From Candidatus Bathyarchaeota archaeon (GTDB lineage: Archaea > Thermoproteota > Bathyarchaeia > Bathyarchaeales > Bathyarchaeaceae): DNA of 64,000 nt. Each line of letters begins with the position of its first letter. The first letter of the stretch is position 1. Positions 52,174 through 61,841 of this stretch are shown piece after piece. Position numbers and translations under genes: made by a program. Under the pieces are notes generated by a model, which did no database searches, had not been told where the DNA came from, and saw only the letters and a program-made list of their open reading frames with translations. Location of the stretch: positions 69,140 to 133,139 of the forward strand of contig CAVOMX010000014.1 in assembly GCA_963697165.1 (NCBI GenBank). Direction: 5' to 3'.

Positions 52174-52651
52174 CCGAACGCATAATATTTATTTCAAAAT
52201 AATTGATTTGAAAAGGTATATGCGACATAATTAATATAATCAGAATGTGCATGTAATTTGAGAATAATGTGGTATTGATGGCGAGTGGTTTACTGGTTTC
52301 AATAAAAAATGGCTGCAATTTGAAACTTGAAAACGTTAATCCTGTATAAGAATTTGAAGGCTTAAAATTACGTAACAAGTATGGTTTCGATTTGGGCGGG
52401 TATACTTTGGGGGAGAAGATTCACGTTATTTTGAAGTATGTTAACAAGAGGTGAAACCAAAATTTATCTGGAGGATAATAAAATTGAGGTGGAGTCAATC
52501 ATGAACAAAGTGATAAATAAAGCGGTTGAAGATTTTAGTGTTGATGAAAAAGATCAAAAAGAAATATACATCATGCTAAAGAAACATGGTTGTTGCTATT
52601 TTTAATAAGAAACTGCCTGTATGGTGTGACCCCGCAAAAAAAGAGGGGCAG

Positions 52652-52870
52652 TTAATCTTTCAATCTATTACTGGTCATCATTAGAACATAAAACATAAGG
52701 CTACGTAAAACAAAGGCAAGAATAAAAAGAATTGCCGTTAGCAGCAATGCGTCTGTATAGGAAACTGCACCCCATATTACTTGAGACCAAATAATAATCA
52801 TTGAGATAGCTAAAATGAGTTCAATTGTCCAATTAGGAATACTCATTTTCTCCCCAAATGAACTACTCAA
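52652..52870 (-). CDS. Small 2-TM membrane protein
   Basis: Two hydrophobic helices. Confidence 0.5.
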   Translation of the reverse strand: MSSSFGEKMSIPNWTIELILAISMIIIWSQVIWGAVSYTDALLLTAILFILAFVLRSLMFYVLMMTSNRLKD

Positions 52871-53055
52871 GAATTAGAATATTAGCATTTCCACTGCGGG
52901 AATCCTAAAAGAAGAGAAATAGGCAAGTTATTTCCTTTTGCGGAACAGCTTTAGCCCATCCATATCGGTCACATACATAAAACCCGATTGAAAAAGTTTA
53001 CATAGTTTTGCGAACGTTCTAATTAGTGGATAAAATTTGCATAAATTAGTAATAG

Positions 53056-53424
53056 ATGGGGGTTGTAAAGATGCCAAAATATTTAGTTCAAATTGAATAT
53101 CAAATCAAGGCTTGGACTGCTCTGGTAAGGGAGCCTCAAGACCGCCTGGAAATTGCAGGTCCAATCGTAAAGACTCTTGGAGGAAGCATAGAATGTGCTT
53201 ATTTATCATTTGGTAAGTATGACTCAATGGCAATTCTTGACATGCCCGATAACGTATCAGCATCATCCCTTTCTATGGCTCTCCTAGCAAGTGGAGTATT
53301 CAAAAGAATTAAAACCACTCCACTTTTGACATGGGAAGAAGGTGTGGAAGCCATGAAAAAAGCAAAAAAAGCAGCTTATCAACCTCCAGACGACGGTTCG
53401 GTTTATCTCGACAGATCAAGCTAA
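53056..53424 (+). CDS. GYD-domain protein
   Basis: MPKYL...LGGSI...SFGKYD...TTPLL. Confidence 0.85.
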   Translation: MGVVKMPKYLVQIEYQIKAWTALVREPQDRLEIAGPIVKTLGGSIECAYLSFGKYDSMAILDMPDNVSASSLSMALLASGVFKRIKTTPLLTWEEGVEAMKKAKKAAYQPPDDGSVYLDRSS

Positions 53425-53484
53425 AATGGTCAAATTTGAATTCTCTTCACCCAATAAAAATCCATCCAAATTGTTGATGTCTCA

Positions 53485-53892
53485 ATGGCAATTAAAAAAT
53501 CTACAATAATTCAAAAGATCATTGTCAAGGCTTCACCCAAAGAAGTTTATGAAGCTTTAATAGATCCAAATAAACACTCCGAGTTCACGGGAAGTAAAGC
53601 TACTGGAAATCCGAATATAGGTACTAAGTTTACAGCTTGGGACGGATATATACATGGTAAGAATCTTGAACTTGTAGAAGGCAAAAAAATTGTCCAAAAT
53701 TGGGTTACAACTGACTGGCCTCAAGATTTTCCTCCCTCGAGATTAGAGTTGTCATTTAAAGAGTTAGAAGATAAAACAGAAATCACAATGGTACATTCGG
53801 ATGTCCCAATCACCCAAGAGGCTGATCTAAGGCAAGGGTGGATCGACTTCTACTGGGAACCATTAAAAGAGTATTTTGAAAGAAAATCATGA
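53485..53892 (+). CDS. SRPBCC/AHSA1-domain protein
   Basis: ASPKEVYEAL, FTAWDG, KIVQNW, GWIDFYW. Confidence 0.9.
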   Translation: MAIKKSTIIQKIIVKASPKEVYEALIDPNKHSEFTGSKATGNPNIGTKFTAWDGYIHGKNLELVEGKKIVQNWVTTDWPQDFPPSRLELSFKELEDKTEITMVHSDVPITQEADLRQGWIDFYWEPLKEYFERKS

Positions 53893-54164
53893 AAACGTGC
53901 AAATCTATTTCAGGTGGTTTATGTTTCTTTAATTGGTGCACAAAAAAATCAGTTGTTTAATTAATGTTTCTGGATTAAAGATAACCTAAGTCTGCCCGCA
54001 AAACGAAAAACTTTAAATTGCTATATATGAATTTGACATTTCAAGTTGGATGGTTGGGACTCGGAGAAAAACCCATTCTCTTTTCGTCAGGAGATTTACC
54101 AACTCTGTGGCGAACTTCGTGTTCAGCGACGTGGACCCAACCACACCAGCCCAACTTAGGCATG

Positions 54165-54382
54165 CATTTAAAAAACCTTCAAAGCACCAAGAACATTCTT
54201 GTAGACATAGCTTGAACTATTCAAATCTCCTAGATAATGGTGAACAGACTCAATCCTAACCTTTCCAGGATTAACTTCGTTAAAGAATCTGCAAATACAG
54301 TATACTTTTTATTAGCTGTTTTCTCTTATCTCTGCAAATCCACAATCTCAAACCCCAAAAAAACTCTAAGGACAGACTGAAC
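54165..54382 (-). pseudogene. Integrase int(C) fragment (core-binding part) downstream of Val att
   Basis: VLRVFLGFEIVDLQR*EKTA...ICRFF...HYLGDLNSSSYVYKNVLGALKVF. Confidence 0.75.
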
Positions 54383-54429
54383 GCTTGACGTGTGGAAGGT
54401 CACCGGTTCAAATCATGTCCGACCTACCA
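54383..54429 (+). repeat. Degenerate att = 3' half of tRNA-Val(GAC)
   Basis: 39/46 identical to 51500-51545. Confidence 0.88.
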
Positions 54430-54489
54430 TATTAGTTATGGAAAACAATTTTACTCTATACTACACAAGGGTATGGTTGTGGTCTTTGG

Positions 54490-54738
54490 ATGTCTGGCGT
54501 TGATGTTTCGAAGGAACCAAAAGAGAATAGGTTGCTTGCGTGCGAGTCATGCATGAATACGGTTATTCAATCGTTTAGCCATTTTCAGGAGCAGATTGCA
54601 CAGCTACAACGAGAGAGGATGAAGCTTCAGATGGAACTAGAGAAATCCCGGGAAGAGCAGAAGGAGCAGAAGCGGGTTTTGTTTGACGAAATCATGGCGC
54701 TGGAGAAAAAGGTGGCGGCGCTAAAGAGCGAATCATAA
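54490..54738 (+). CDS. Hypothetical coiled-coil protein
   Basis: CESC followed by coiled coil. Confidence 0.55.
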   Translation: MSGVDVSKEPKENRLLACESCMNTVIQSFSHFQEQIAQLQRERMKLQMELEKSREEQKEQKRVLFDEIMALEKKVAALKSES

Positions 54739-54944
54739 ATTTTTGGAATACAATAGTTGCTGTTTTTTGTTTTAGTGTGAACGATATGGGTTGTCCAAAG
54801 GCAGATCTAACTGTAGAGTCATAGATAACTGGGGGAGATTGCTTGTTTGAATGTCCAGATTGTAAAGAAAATAAATTAAGTTACCTGATAATTTGTTATA
54901 TTTTATTAATCCTCTAAAATATTAACAGACTATAATAGAAGGAG

Positions 54945-55874
54945 TTGGCTTTCATGGAGCGAGAGATTCTGGTCAAAGCAGAGAAGCTAACCAAAAAGTT
55001 TGGCGACCTCGTTGCAGTAGACGGAGTCAACTTCGAAATCTTCAAGGGCGAAAATTTTGGATTTCTTGGACCCAATGGCGCCGGAAAAACCACAACAATG
55101 AGAATGATCCAAAGCGTCTCTCCCATAACCGAGGGAAAACTAACTCTGGCGGGAATGGACGTTACAGAACATGGCAGAAGAATAAAAAGCATGGTCGGTG
55201 TTGCCCCCCAAGAAGACAATCTGGACCCCGACTTCACAGTTTTCCAGAATCTCATATTTTACGCTAGATACTTTGACATTCCAAAAGAAAAAGCAAAAAC
55301 AAAAGCAGAAGATCTCCTAACCTTTCTGCAGTTAACCCAAAAAAAAGACGTCATAATAACGTCTCTCTCTGGAGGCATGAGACGCAGACTAATCCTCGCC
55401 AGAGCCTTGATGAATGACCCCCAGATACTAATTCTAGATGAACCCACAACAGGTCTAGACCCGCAGGCCCGCCACCTCATATGGACTAAAATCAGAAACC
55501 TGAAAAAACAAGGTGTCACTGTCATACTGACAACTCACTACATGGATGAGGCAGCCCAGCTCTGCGACAGAATAATAATCATGGACCACGGAAAAATCAT
55601 TGAAACAGGCGAACCAGCAGAACTTGTTAAGAAACATGTAGGAGAAGAAGTTCTTGAAGTTCTCTACAGTGAAGAAGCAATGAAGTGCCTAAAAGAGACC
55701 TTTCCTGACGCTAGAATAGAAGTTGTTGGCGACAAAATTTACGTATTCGACAACAAACCCAGAGGATATTTCGCAGAAGTGCTCAAGAAAACTTCGTTTA
55801 AAGGAGCAGCTATACGAGACAGCAACCTTGAAGACGTATTCTTGAACTTGGCAGGAAGAAGCTTGAGGGACTAA
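54945..55874 (+). CDS. ABC exporter ATP-binding subunit (NodI-like)
   Basis: GPNGAGKT, PQEDNLDPDF, LSGGMRRR, DEPTTGLDPQARH. Confidence 0.92.
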   Translation: MAFMEREILVKAEKLTKKFGDLVAVDGVNFEIFKGENFGFLGPNGAGKTTTMRMIQSVSPITEGKLTLAGMDVTEHGRRIKSMVGVAPQEDNLDPDFTVFQNLIFYARYFDIPKEKAKTKAEDLLTFLQLTQKKDVIITSLSGGMRRRLILARALMNDPQILILDEPTTGLDPQARHLIWTKIRNLKKQGVTVILTTHYMDEAAQLCDRIIIMDHGKIIETGEPAELVKKHVGEEVLEVLYSEEAMKCLKETFPDARIEVVGDKIYVFDNKPRGYFAEVLKKTSFKGAAIRDSNLEDVFLNLAGRSLRD

Positions 55875-55876
55875 TA

Positions 55877-56671
55877 ATGAATAACACTTTTACACTCTTT
55901 CGAATCCCAAAACTCAGCTACAGAGTATGGAAGGTTTGGAAGCGAAACAAAGACGTTTTCATGAAAACTTACAAAACCAATTTCATTCCCTCACTATTGG
56001 AGCCCATCCTTTACCTACTCGCTTTAGGCGTTGGACTCGGAGGTTTTGTTCAACCAATCGACGGACAACCATACATCAACTTTATTGCTCCGGCGCTGGT
56101 CGCAGTCTCAATGATGTTCTCCTCATTCTACGAATGCACATACGCCTCCTTTGTAAGAATGTACTACCAGAAAACATTTGACGCCATAATAGCCACGCCA
56201 GTCACCATCGAAGAAGTCATAACCGGCGAAATTCTATGGGGTGCAACCAAAAGTCTCATCAACTCATCAATAGTTCTAGCAGTAATAGTCACCTTTGGAT
56301 TGGTTCTTTCCCCACTGTTTCTTCTGATTCCTCTAGTATCATTCCTTGTTGGACTCCTATTCTCATCCATAGCCATGTGCTTCACAGCCATCGTCCCAAA
56401 CATTGACGCCTTCAATTATCCCGGATTTCTCTTCATAACTCCAATGTTCCTATTAAGCGGAACATTCTTCCCACTAACATCAATGCCCCAAATTCTACAA
56501 ATGGCAGCACAAATCTTTTTCCCACTCACCAACGCTGTAACAGTAACCCGATCCTTAGCACTTGGCAACATCCAACTATCCATCATCCTGAACCTAGCAT
56601 GGATACTAATACTCATACCAATCTTCTTTGTTCTGGCAATAAACCTCATGAAGAAAAGACTCATCAAATAA
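55877..56671 (+). CDS. ABC-2 permease (NodJ-like)
   Basis: LEPILYL, YECTY..FVRM..QKTFDA, SGTFFP. Confidence 0.9.
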   Translation: MNNTFTLFRIPKLSYRVWKVWKRNKDVFMKTYKTNFIPSLLEPILYLLALGVGLGGFVQPIDGQPYINFIAPALVAVSMMFSSFYECTYASFVRMYYQKTFDAIIATPVTIEEVITGEILWGATKSLINSSIVLAVIVTFGLVLSPLFLLIPLVSFLVGLLFSSIAMCFTAIVPNIDAFNYPGFLFITPMFLLSGTFFPLTSMPQILQMAAQIFFPLTNAVTVTRSLALGNIQLSIILNLAWILILIPIFFVLAINLMKKRLIK

Positions 56672-56933
56672 CACAACCCATACACATTGTACGCCAAAAA
56701 ATGTTGTTCGGTGAATGAACAGCAATAACAGAAAACCATGAAACTCCATCATATTCTAAAATAAACAACAGAACATTGTTAAAAACAGACTTTTTTTCCG
56801 ATGTTCTCAAAAAAACCAGATCTAGGCAGTGGTATCTAGCTTTGAAAAATGTAAAAGATAAACAATCAATGAAAAAGAAGAAGAATTTACAAAAGATATA
56901 AAGGAATCATGCAACCGTTTAGGTTCATAGAAT

Positions 56934-57028
56934 GGGCCCGTGGTCCAGTTGGTTAACTCCATTTGAGGCCAAAAGACGCTTCCCTCACGCGGAAGAGATC
57001 GCCGGTTCAAATCCGGACGGGCCCACCA
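56934..57028 (+). tRNA. tRNA-Val(CAC) with 18-nt D-loop intron (56956-56973)
   Basis: CTTCC-CTCACGC-GGAAG arm; BHB with central helix TGGT/GCCA; encoded CCA. Confidence 0.9.
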
Positions 57029-57057
57029 CCAATTCGATACCAGTTCAGAGGTTTTCC

Positions 57058-57482
57058 TTATTTTCTTCGCAATCTCATCCAGCTCGCTTCTTTCGGATTT
57101 ATGAATCCATGTTGCCCAATCATCGCCCAGGCTCTGGAGATGGAGTCACCCCTGAATCGGGGTATAACATGAACATGAAAATGCATCACCATCTGACCTG
57201 CAGCCTTCCCATTAAGCTGAATGACACTTATTCCGTCTGCGCCAACAGTTTTCTTCACAGCAATGCTGACTCGCTTAATCACACAGCAATTTCAGCTAGT
57301 GTTTTTTCGGGAACTTCATAGATGTTTTCCCAATGTTTTCGGGGAACAACTAAAGTGTGTCCAACACTAGCAGGGTTCAGGTCCATGAATGCAATACAGT
57401 GTCGTCTTCGTAGACGATGCTTGCTGGTGCTTTGCCTGAGGCTATATTGCAGAAGGGACAAACATCGCTCATCGTTTTTCAA
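57058..57482 (-). pseudogene. HIT family hydrolase, frameshifted
   Basis: AFMDLNP..GHTLVVP.KH and NGKAAGQMVMHFHVHVIPR in different frames. Confidence 0.85.
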
Positions 57483-57596
57483 CCCTCATTTAGGATTATT
57501 TCTTACGTGTTAATAGTTTATGGTTTATCCTCAGAGCAGATAAAAGAACGGTTTTCAAAAAGATTAAAAAACAAGTTATGATTCATGATGTGTGTC

Positions 57597-57699
57597 GCCG
57601 AGGTAGCTCAGCTTGGGAGAGCACTCGACTCAACACACAAAGTTGAGGGTGAAGCTGAAGACCGAGTTGTCGCCTGTTCAAATCCGGCCCTCGGCACCA
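57597..57699 (+). tRNA. tRNA-Phe(GAA) copy 1, 26-nt intron at 30/31 (57628-57653)
   Basis: Splicing gives CTCGG-CTGAAGA-CCGAG; hBHBh' with CACT/GGTG; one T-stem mismatch. Confidence 0.85.
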
Positions 57700-57755
57700 C
57701 CCTGCACCTTTTTTCAAAAAGCTTAAAAAACCAGTTGTTGTTCTTGTTGAGTGGC

Positions 57756-57854
57756 GCCGAGGTAGCTCAGTTTGGGAGAGCACTCGACTCAACAAAGTTG
57801 AGGGTGAAGCTGAAGACCGAGTTGTCGCTGGTTCAAGTCCGGCCCTCGGCACCA
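57756..57854 (+). tRNA. tRNA-Phe(GAA) copy 2, 22-nt intron at 30/31 (57787-57808)
   Basis: Same BHB, intact T-stem, encoded CCA. Confidence 0.92.
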
Positions 57855-58104
57855 TTACACTTTCTTTCAGAAAAGAACCTGTACTAAGAAAAACTGAGGT
57901 TTGTTTATCGTTTTGTGGTTCTAAATAGTCTAAAATGCTGATTAATGTCTGTTCTGTTATTCTACTTAAATTTAGATTGTTTTTTCTAGCCCTTTTAACT
58001 AAATTAGTGGGTAGAGTGATACCTACTGTCTTTTTCCTTATTTTCACTTTCACTCGAGTATTCTCGGGTTCATTACTCGAGTAATTATTTTTTATTGGAA
58101 TCAT
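57810..58104 (-). pseudogene. Integrase int(N) fragment (RHH/CcdA-like N-terminus) reading into tRNA-Phe
   Basis: KKTVGITLP.NLVKRARKNNLNLSRITEQ...VPRAGLEPATT. Confidence 0.85.
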
Positions 58105-58664
58105 GTTTTATTATTTCCTTTTTTTAATATATATGATTCATTTTTAACTTGAACAATATCAATTATTTTCAGTCCTTCTTTCTTTCTTTTCTCTTGTAAT
58201 TTTTTTATTAAATCAATTTGAATCTGAGCGATTCCTAGTTTAAGAAGTCCTTTATCATCCAATTCCACAGGAAATTTTGATGTTTTTGATAAATCCTGCC
58301 AAAATGGCTCCATTTTCTCTATTTCTTTTTTGGTTAGGATTCTAGCATGTCCTTCTTGAGACAGATTTGCTATGGTTTCTAACCATTGTATGTTAGCTTT
58401 TTCAAGTTCATCATTTGAGTAGTTAAGAAGCAATTGTTTTCCTTTTAACTCAATGAAATATTTTCCACGTCTACCTTCTCGAGAAATATTGCCTTTTTCA
58501 TATTCTTCGTTTAAATATTTGTTAATAGTTCCCCTTGAATAGCGATCTTTTCCTTCTTCAACCAATTCCTCAAAACTCATTTGTCCTTTTTTTAAAAGAG
58601 TGTTCAATATCCAAATTGGACACGCTTCTCTTGCGGATTTGCCCTGCATCCAATAAACATCCAA
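58101..58664 (-). CDS. Winged-helix DNA-binding protein
   Basis: MSFEEL...YSRGTINKYL...GNI.R..RGKY HTH pattern. Confidence 0.7.
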   Translation of the reverse strand: MDVYWMQGKSAREACPIWILNTLLKKGQMSFEELVEEGKDRYSRGTINKYLNEEYEKGNISREGRRGKYFIELKGKQLLLNYSNDELEKANIQWLETIANLSQEGHARILTKKEIEKMEPFWQDLSKTSKFPVELDDKGLLKLGIAQIQIDLIKKLQEKRKKEGLKIIDIVQVKNESYILKKGNNKT

Positions 58665-58704
58665 ACTTTATACTAAATATAAACTATATACTTGTATTTT
58701 AGTT

Positions 58705-58911
58705 TTGTTAGTGTATAAGTGGAGCGTGTTATCGTTAAGTCCCCTGATTAAGAAAATCATCGACATTGGAGGAACAAGTAGAGGGATTATTTTACCTAAG
58801 TCTTGGTTACACTATTTTGAAAAACTCAACGGGCAACCAATCAAAAAGGTTGGCATGGAGATCAATGGGAAAATCGTGATTTGGCCGATTTTGAAGGAGT
58901 GGGAGACTTAG
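58705..58911 (+). CDS. AbrB/MazE-type DNA-binding protein
   Basis: KKIIDIGGTSRGIILPKSW. Confidence 0.75.
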   Translation: MLVYKWSVLSLSPLIKKIIDIGGTSRGIILPKSWLHYFEKLNGQPIKKVGMEINGKIVIWPILKEWET

Positions 58912-59072
58912 AGAAAGTGGTGAGTGTGTATGTTTGTGTGTTGTCGTCTGTCTTCTCTTACTTCTTATCTTCTATCTTCTATGTACTACATAATTCTCTT
59001 CATTCATATTCTACCACTCATTCACAACCCTTTCAATACACACATACAGACACACTCGCATGGAGGCTTCTA

Positions 59073-59312
59073 ATGGTTAGAAGAGATGGAGCAGAAGTCA
59101 GAAAAGAACGCATTCAAGAGATTGCTCGACTGATTCATCGTTCTCTTCATACTCACGGAGAAATTCCTTTGTCAAAAACTCTGGCAACAATACAATACGA
59201 GTTTGGATTAACCCGAGACAAAATCCAAGATTATATAGGAATACTGGAAGGTTTAGGCCAGTTCGTTATCGAGAAAGAACAGGACAAAATCAAAAAGATA
59301 ACAGATGGCTGA
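59073..59312 (+). CDS. Small wHTH-like MGE protein
   Basis: MVRRDGAEVRKER...FGLTRDKIQDYIGILE; upstream ORF part is low complexity. Confidence 0.6.
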   Translation: MVRRDGAEVRKERIQEIARLIHRSLHTHGEIPLSKTLATIQYEFGLTRDKIQDYIGILEGLGQFVIEKEQDKIKKITDG

Positions 59313-59317
59313 AAACA

Positions 59318-59659
59318 TTGGTTTTGCTGACACTTGTTGATGGCAAAAAGGGCCCCGAAGATATTCTTGTTTTGGTGACTTCGTATAATGAACCCTTAAC
59401 TTTCGCTGAATGGCTTTTTATCGGCAAGTGTTACTTAGATTCAGAAGCTAGTTATTATCCAATTAAAGAAGGGTACATTGGCCAGGCAATGTTAATTCAT
59501 GCAATAAACGAGTTAGCTCTTGGAGTAGATTTTGAGCAAGTCCTGAAAAGATACAAGTTGAAACGGAAAGGAAAAAATCTCAAAGTAATTGACAAACGAA
59601 AGAGTTTGAAAACTTTAGATTACGCTAAGTATAGAGGGGGCATTGTTAATCAAGTATGA
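59318..59659 (+). CDS. Hypothetical MGE protein
   Basis: 113-aa ORF in a tight operon. Confidence 0.55.
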   Translation: MVLLTLVDGKKGPEDILVLVTSYNEPLTFAEWLFIGKCYLDSEASYYPIKEGYIGQAMLIHAINELALGVDFEQVLKRYKLKRKGKNLKVIDKRKSLKTLDYAKYRGGIVNQV

Positions 59660-59955
59660 AAAATTCTCCAAATCTCAAAAGAAGCCTAAAAAACTGTTCT
59701 TCAAAATCTAATGAGGTTGTTAATCGGAATCTAATTCTCCAATGGTTAAAAGAAGACATTGAGTTTCTTCGATAGATGGCTCGATGTAAAAATCCGATAA
59801 AGAATCCAATTCGTGTCAAATTGTTAAGAGCTTCGATTTATGGTTGCTCTGTTTTGCTTTCCGGTTTGAAGGATGAAGAGTTGGAGCTAAGAGTTGTTGA
59901 GTTAGAAGAAAAACTGAAAAATGGAGTGTTAATCCCAGTTGAAAAGCGTAAATAA
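59656..59955 (+). pseudogene. Small MGE protein with one internal TAG (~59772)
   Basis: Single frame from ATG overlapping the upstream stop to ...LKDEELELRVVELEEKLK...*. Confidence 0.55.
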
Positions 59956-60544
59956 GAAACTAAATGAACTGGAGAATAATGTTCTCCCCGAATTACCTGA
60001 GCAAGCTAAAATTTACATAAAGAATGAGGCTGAAATCGAATTATCAAGAAACGCTCAAGCAATCCGAAATATGCTTCCTGATGTTTCAAAGATCTGGAAA
60101 AATCCAAATTTAACACTCCAAGAAAAAGAAGAGAAAACAACAGCAATCTATCAGGAACTTTCAGCTAAACAAAAACTAATACTTAGTAGAGACTCGGCAT
60201 TTATGACTCGACGATTACGGGATTTAGTTGTGACGTATTTTAAAACAAGTTTTCCAGAGAACAGTGAAAAACCATTCCTGAGAGTTGAATGGTTCTTTAC
60301 CGAGATGGATAAACTAGCTCATGCTGAGCATATAATAGATTCAGAATGGAATCATGATAGAGACGAGGATAACCCAGATTTTGACGATTTTATCTGGTGG
60401 GATCGAGTGGACTTGAAAATACAAGAACTTTATCCGGAAGGAATATTCACCGAAGAGAGTTGGAATAAAACACGTGAGCTATATGACAAAATACAATCAG
60501 AATATATGGTTCAATACTGGCAAGCATCATCCAGAAGAGTTTGA
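59939..60544 (+). CDS. Hypothetical MGE protein
   Basis: 201-aa ORF overlapping the previous gene. Confidence 0.6.
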   Translation: MKSVNKKLNELENNVLPELPEQAKIYIKNEAEIELSRNAQAIRNMLPDVSKIWKNPNLTLQEKEEKTTAIYQELSAKQKLILSRDSAFMTRRLRDLVVTYFKTSFPENSEKPFLRVEWFFTEMDKLAHAEHIIDSEWNHDRDEDNPDFDDFIWWDRVDLKIQELYPEGIFTEESWNKTRELYDKIQSEYMVQYWQASSRRV

Positions 60545-60604
60545 AAGACTAACAAAGAAACTGGAACATGTCTAACATTCACCCCAAAATAGCAATTGCA
60601 TTTT

Positions 60605-61666
60605 TTACCAGTACCATCTCAAAGTAGAAAACAACATAGTACCTACAAAAAGAAGAATGATCATCAAATTAAGTAAAAACATACCAACATTTGGTTTAGC
60701 ATTAAAGATTTTAGCATAAATCCAATATATAGGCAATATTACAATGGCGTATCTGTGCACATTTGCAACTATGGAATAAAAAAGTAAAATTATCAAATTC
60801 GCTAAAGAATAGCCATAGTATTTTGCATCTTTACTTGTTCCTTTCCAATTTAATGTGAATATAGTTAAGGCTAGATCTTTTGACAGAAAGATGAAAAAGA
60901 ATGGAAGAATAACTAAACAGTATTCAATCGAAAATAATATTGCATATTCTATTTCAATGTCAGCTAATTGAATTAAGAAAAAAGATGGGGTTCCCCAATA
61001 TTGTCTAGACACTATCTCACGTATTGGAAAAAGTCCAGTAGATAAATACCCATAAAGATTGAACAGCAAGTATGGTGTAAAAACAAGAAAGGCTTGAAAA
61101 ATAATTTTAAGGCTACGTTCTTTAAATCCGTCATAGAGAAATGGGATAAAACTAAGAAACCCGTTACTTCTTGTTAAACCTGATAAGAAACCGAAAAGTG
61201 TTAATTTTATAATTTTTCCTTTTTCGAGAAAATAAAATGCGACTAAAGTTAAAGTCATGAATAAACTTTCTGAATATACACAAGAATAGAATAGTGAACC
61301 CGGCCAAAAAGCGAAAAAGAGTGAAGAATAGAAACCCAACTTCCTATTTCCTAATACCAACTCACTAAGTTTGTAGAACAGAATCAGATTGACAAAGAAA
61401 AGAATATTACTTATCAAAAAACCTGCCAGAATAACTGCTTGAATTGAGTTTAGTAGTCCAAAAAAAGGCTGTCCTAGAACACGCATTGAAACGGGAAATA
61501 AGGGAAACCAAGTCCAATGATGACTCAAGGGATTGATTATGGAAGGATAACCTCTGAGAGCGATTTGAGCATACCATCCGCTATCCCACCGACTGAAAAG
61601 ATTTACAATGGGCATTCCTAATTCCCATAATTGCTCAGTCGGTATCTTTGGATTAACTCCAATCAT
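60605..61666 (-). CDS. GT-C mannosyltransferase (PIG-V/Mannosyl_trans2-like)
   Basis: RWDSGWY..IA..GY, FPLFP, YSESLF, TRSNG; multi-TM. Confidence 0.85.
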   Translation of the reverse strand: MIGVNPKIPTEQLWELGMPIVNLFSRWDSGWYAQIALRGYPSIINPLSHHWTWFPLFPVSMRVLGQPFFGLLNSIQAVILAGFLISNILFFVNLILFYKLSELVLGNRKLGFYSSLFFAFWPGSLFYSCVYSESLFMTLTLVAFYFLEKGKIIKLTLFGFLSGLTRSNGFLSFIPFLYDGFKERSLKIIFQAFLVFTPYLLFNLYGYLSTGLFPIREIVSRQYWGTPSFFLIQLADIEIEYAILFSIEYCLVILPFFFIFLSKDLALTIFTLNWKGTSKDAKYYGYSLANLIILLFYSIVANVHRYAIVILPIYWIYAKIFNAKPNVGMFLLNLMIILLFVGTMLFSTLRWYW

Positions 61667-61841
61667 AGAATCCGATACTATAGCAATAAAGAAAACTAGT
61701 GCTCTTGAAAGTAATCCTATAAAAAGAACCTTTACATAACCTGTGATTCGCCAATGGTAATCCAGTTTTTCACTGAAATTATGAAAAATTTGACTTCCCC
61801 CAAATAGCCTTTTTACTATTTAGGCATTCAATTTTTAAGTT

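Larger units (their letters stand above)
51500..54429. mobile_element. Decayed integrated element in tRNA-Val(GAC)
   Basis: Degenerate att at 54383; int(N) adjacent to the tRNA; int(C) adjacent to the att; tail at 52066. Confidence 0.85.

Noticed and set aside
56932..57887. ORFs 56932-57321 and 57585-57887 (+)
   Set aside because: Overlap tRNA genes or the HIT antisense; spurious
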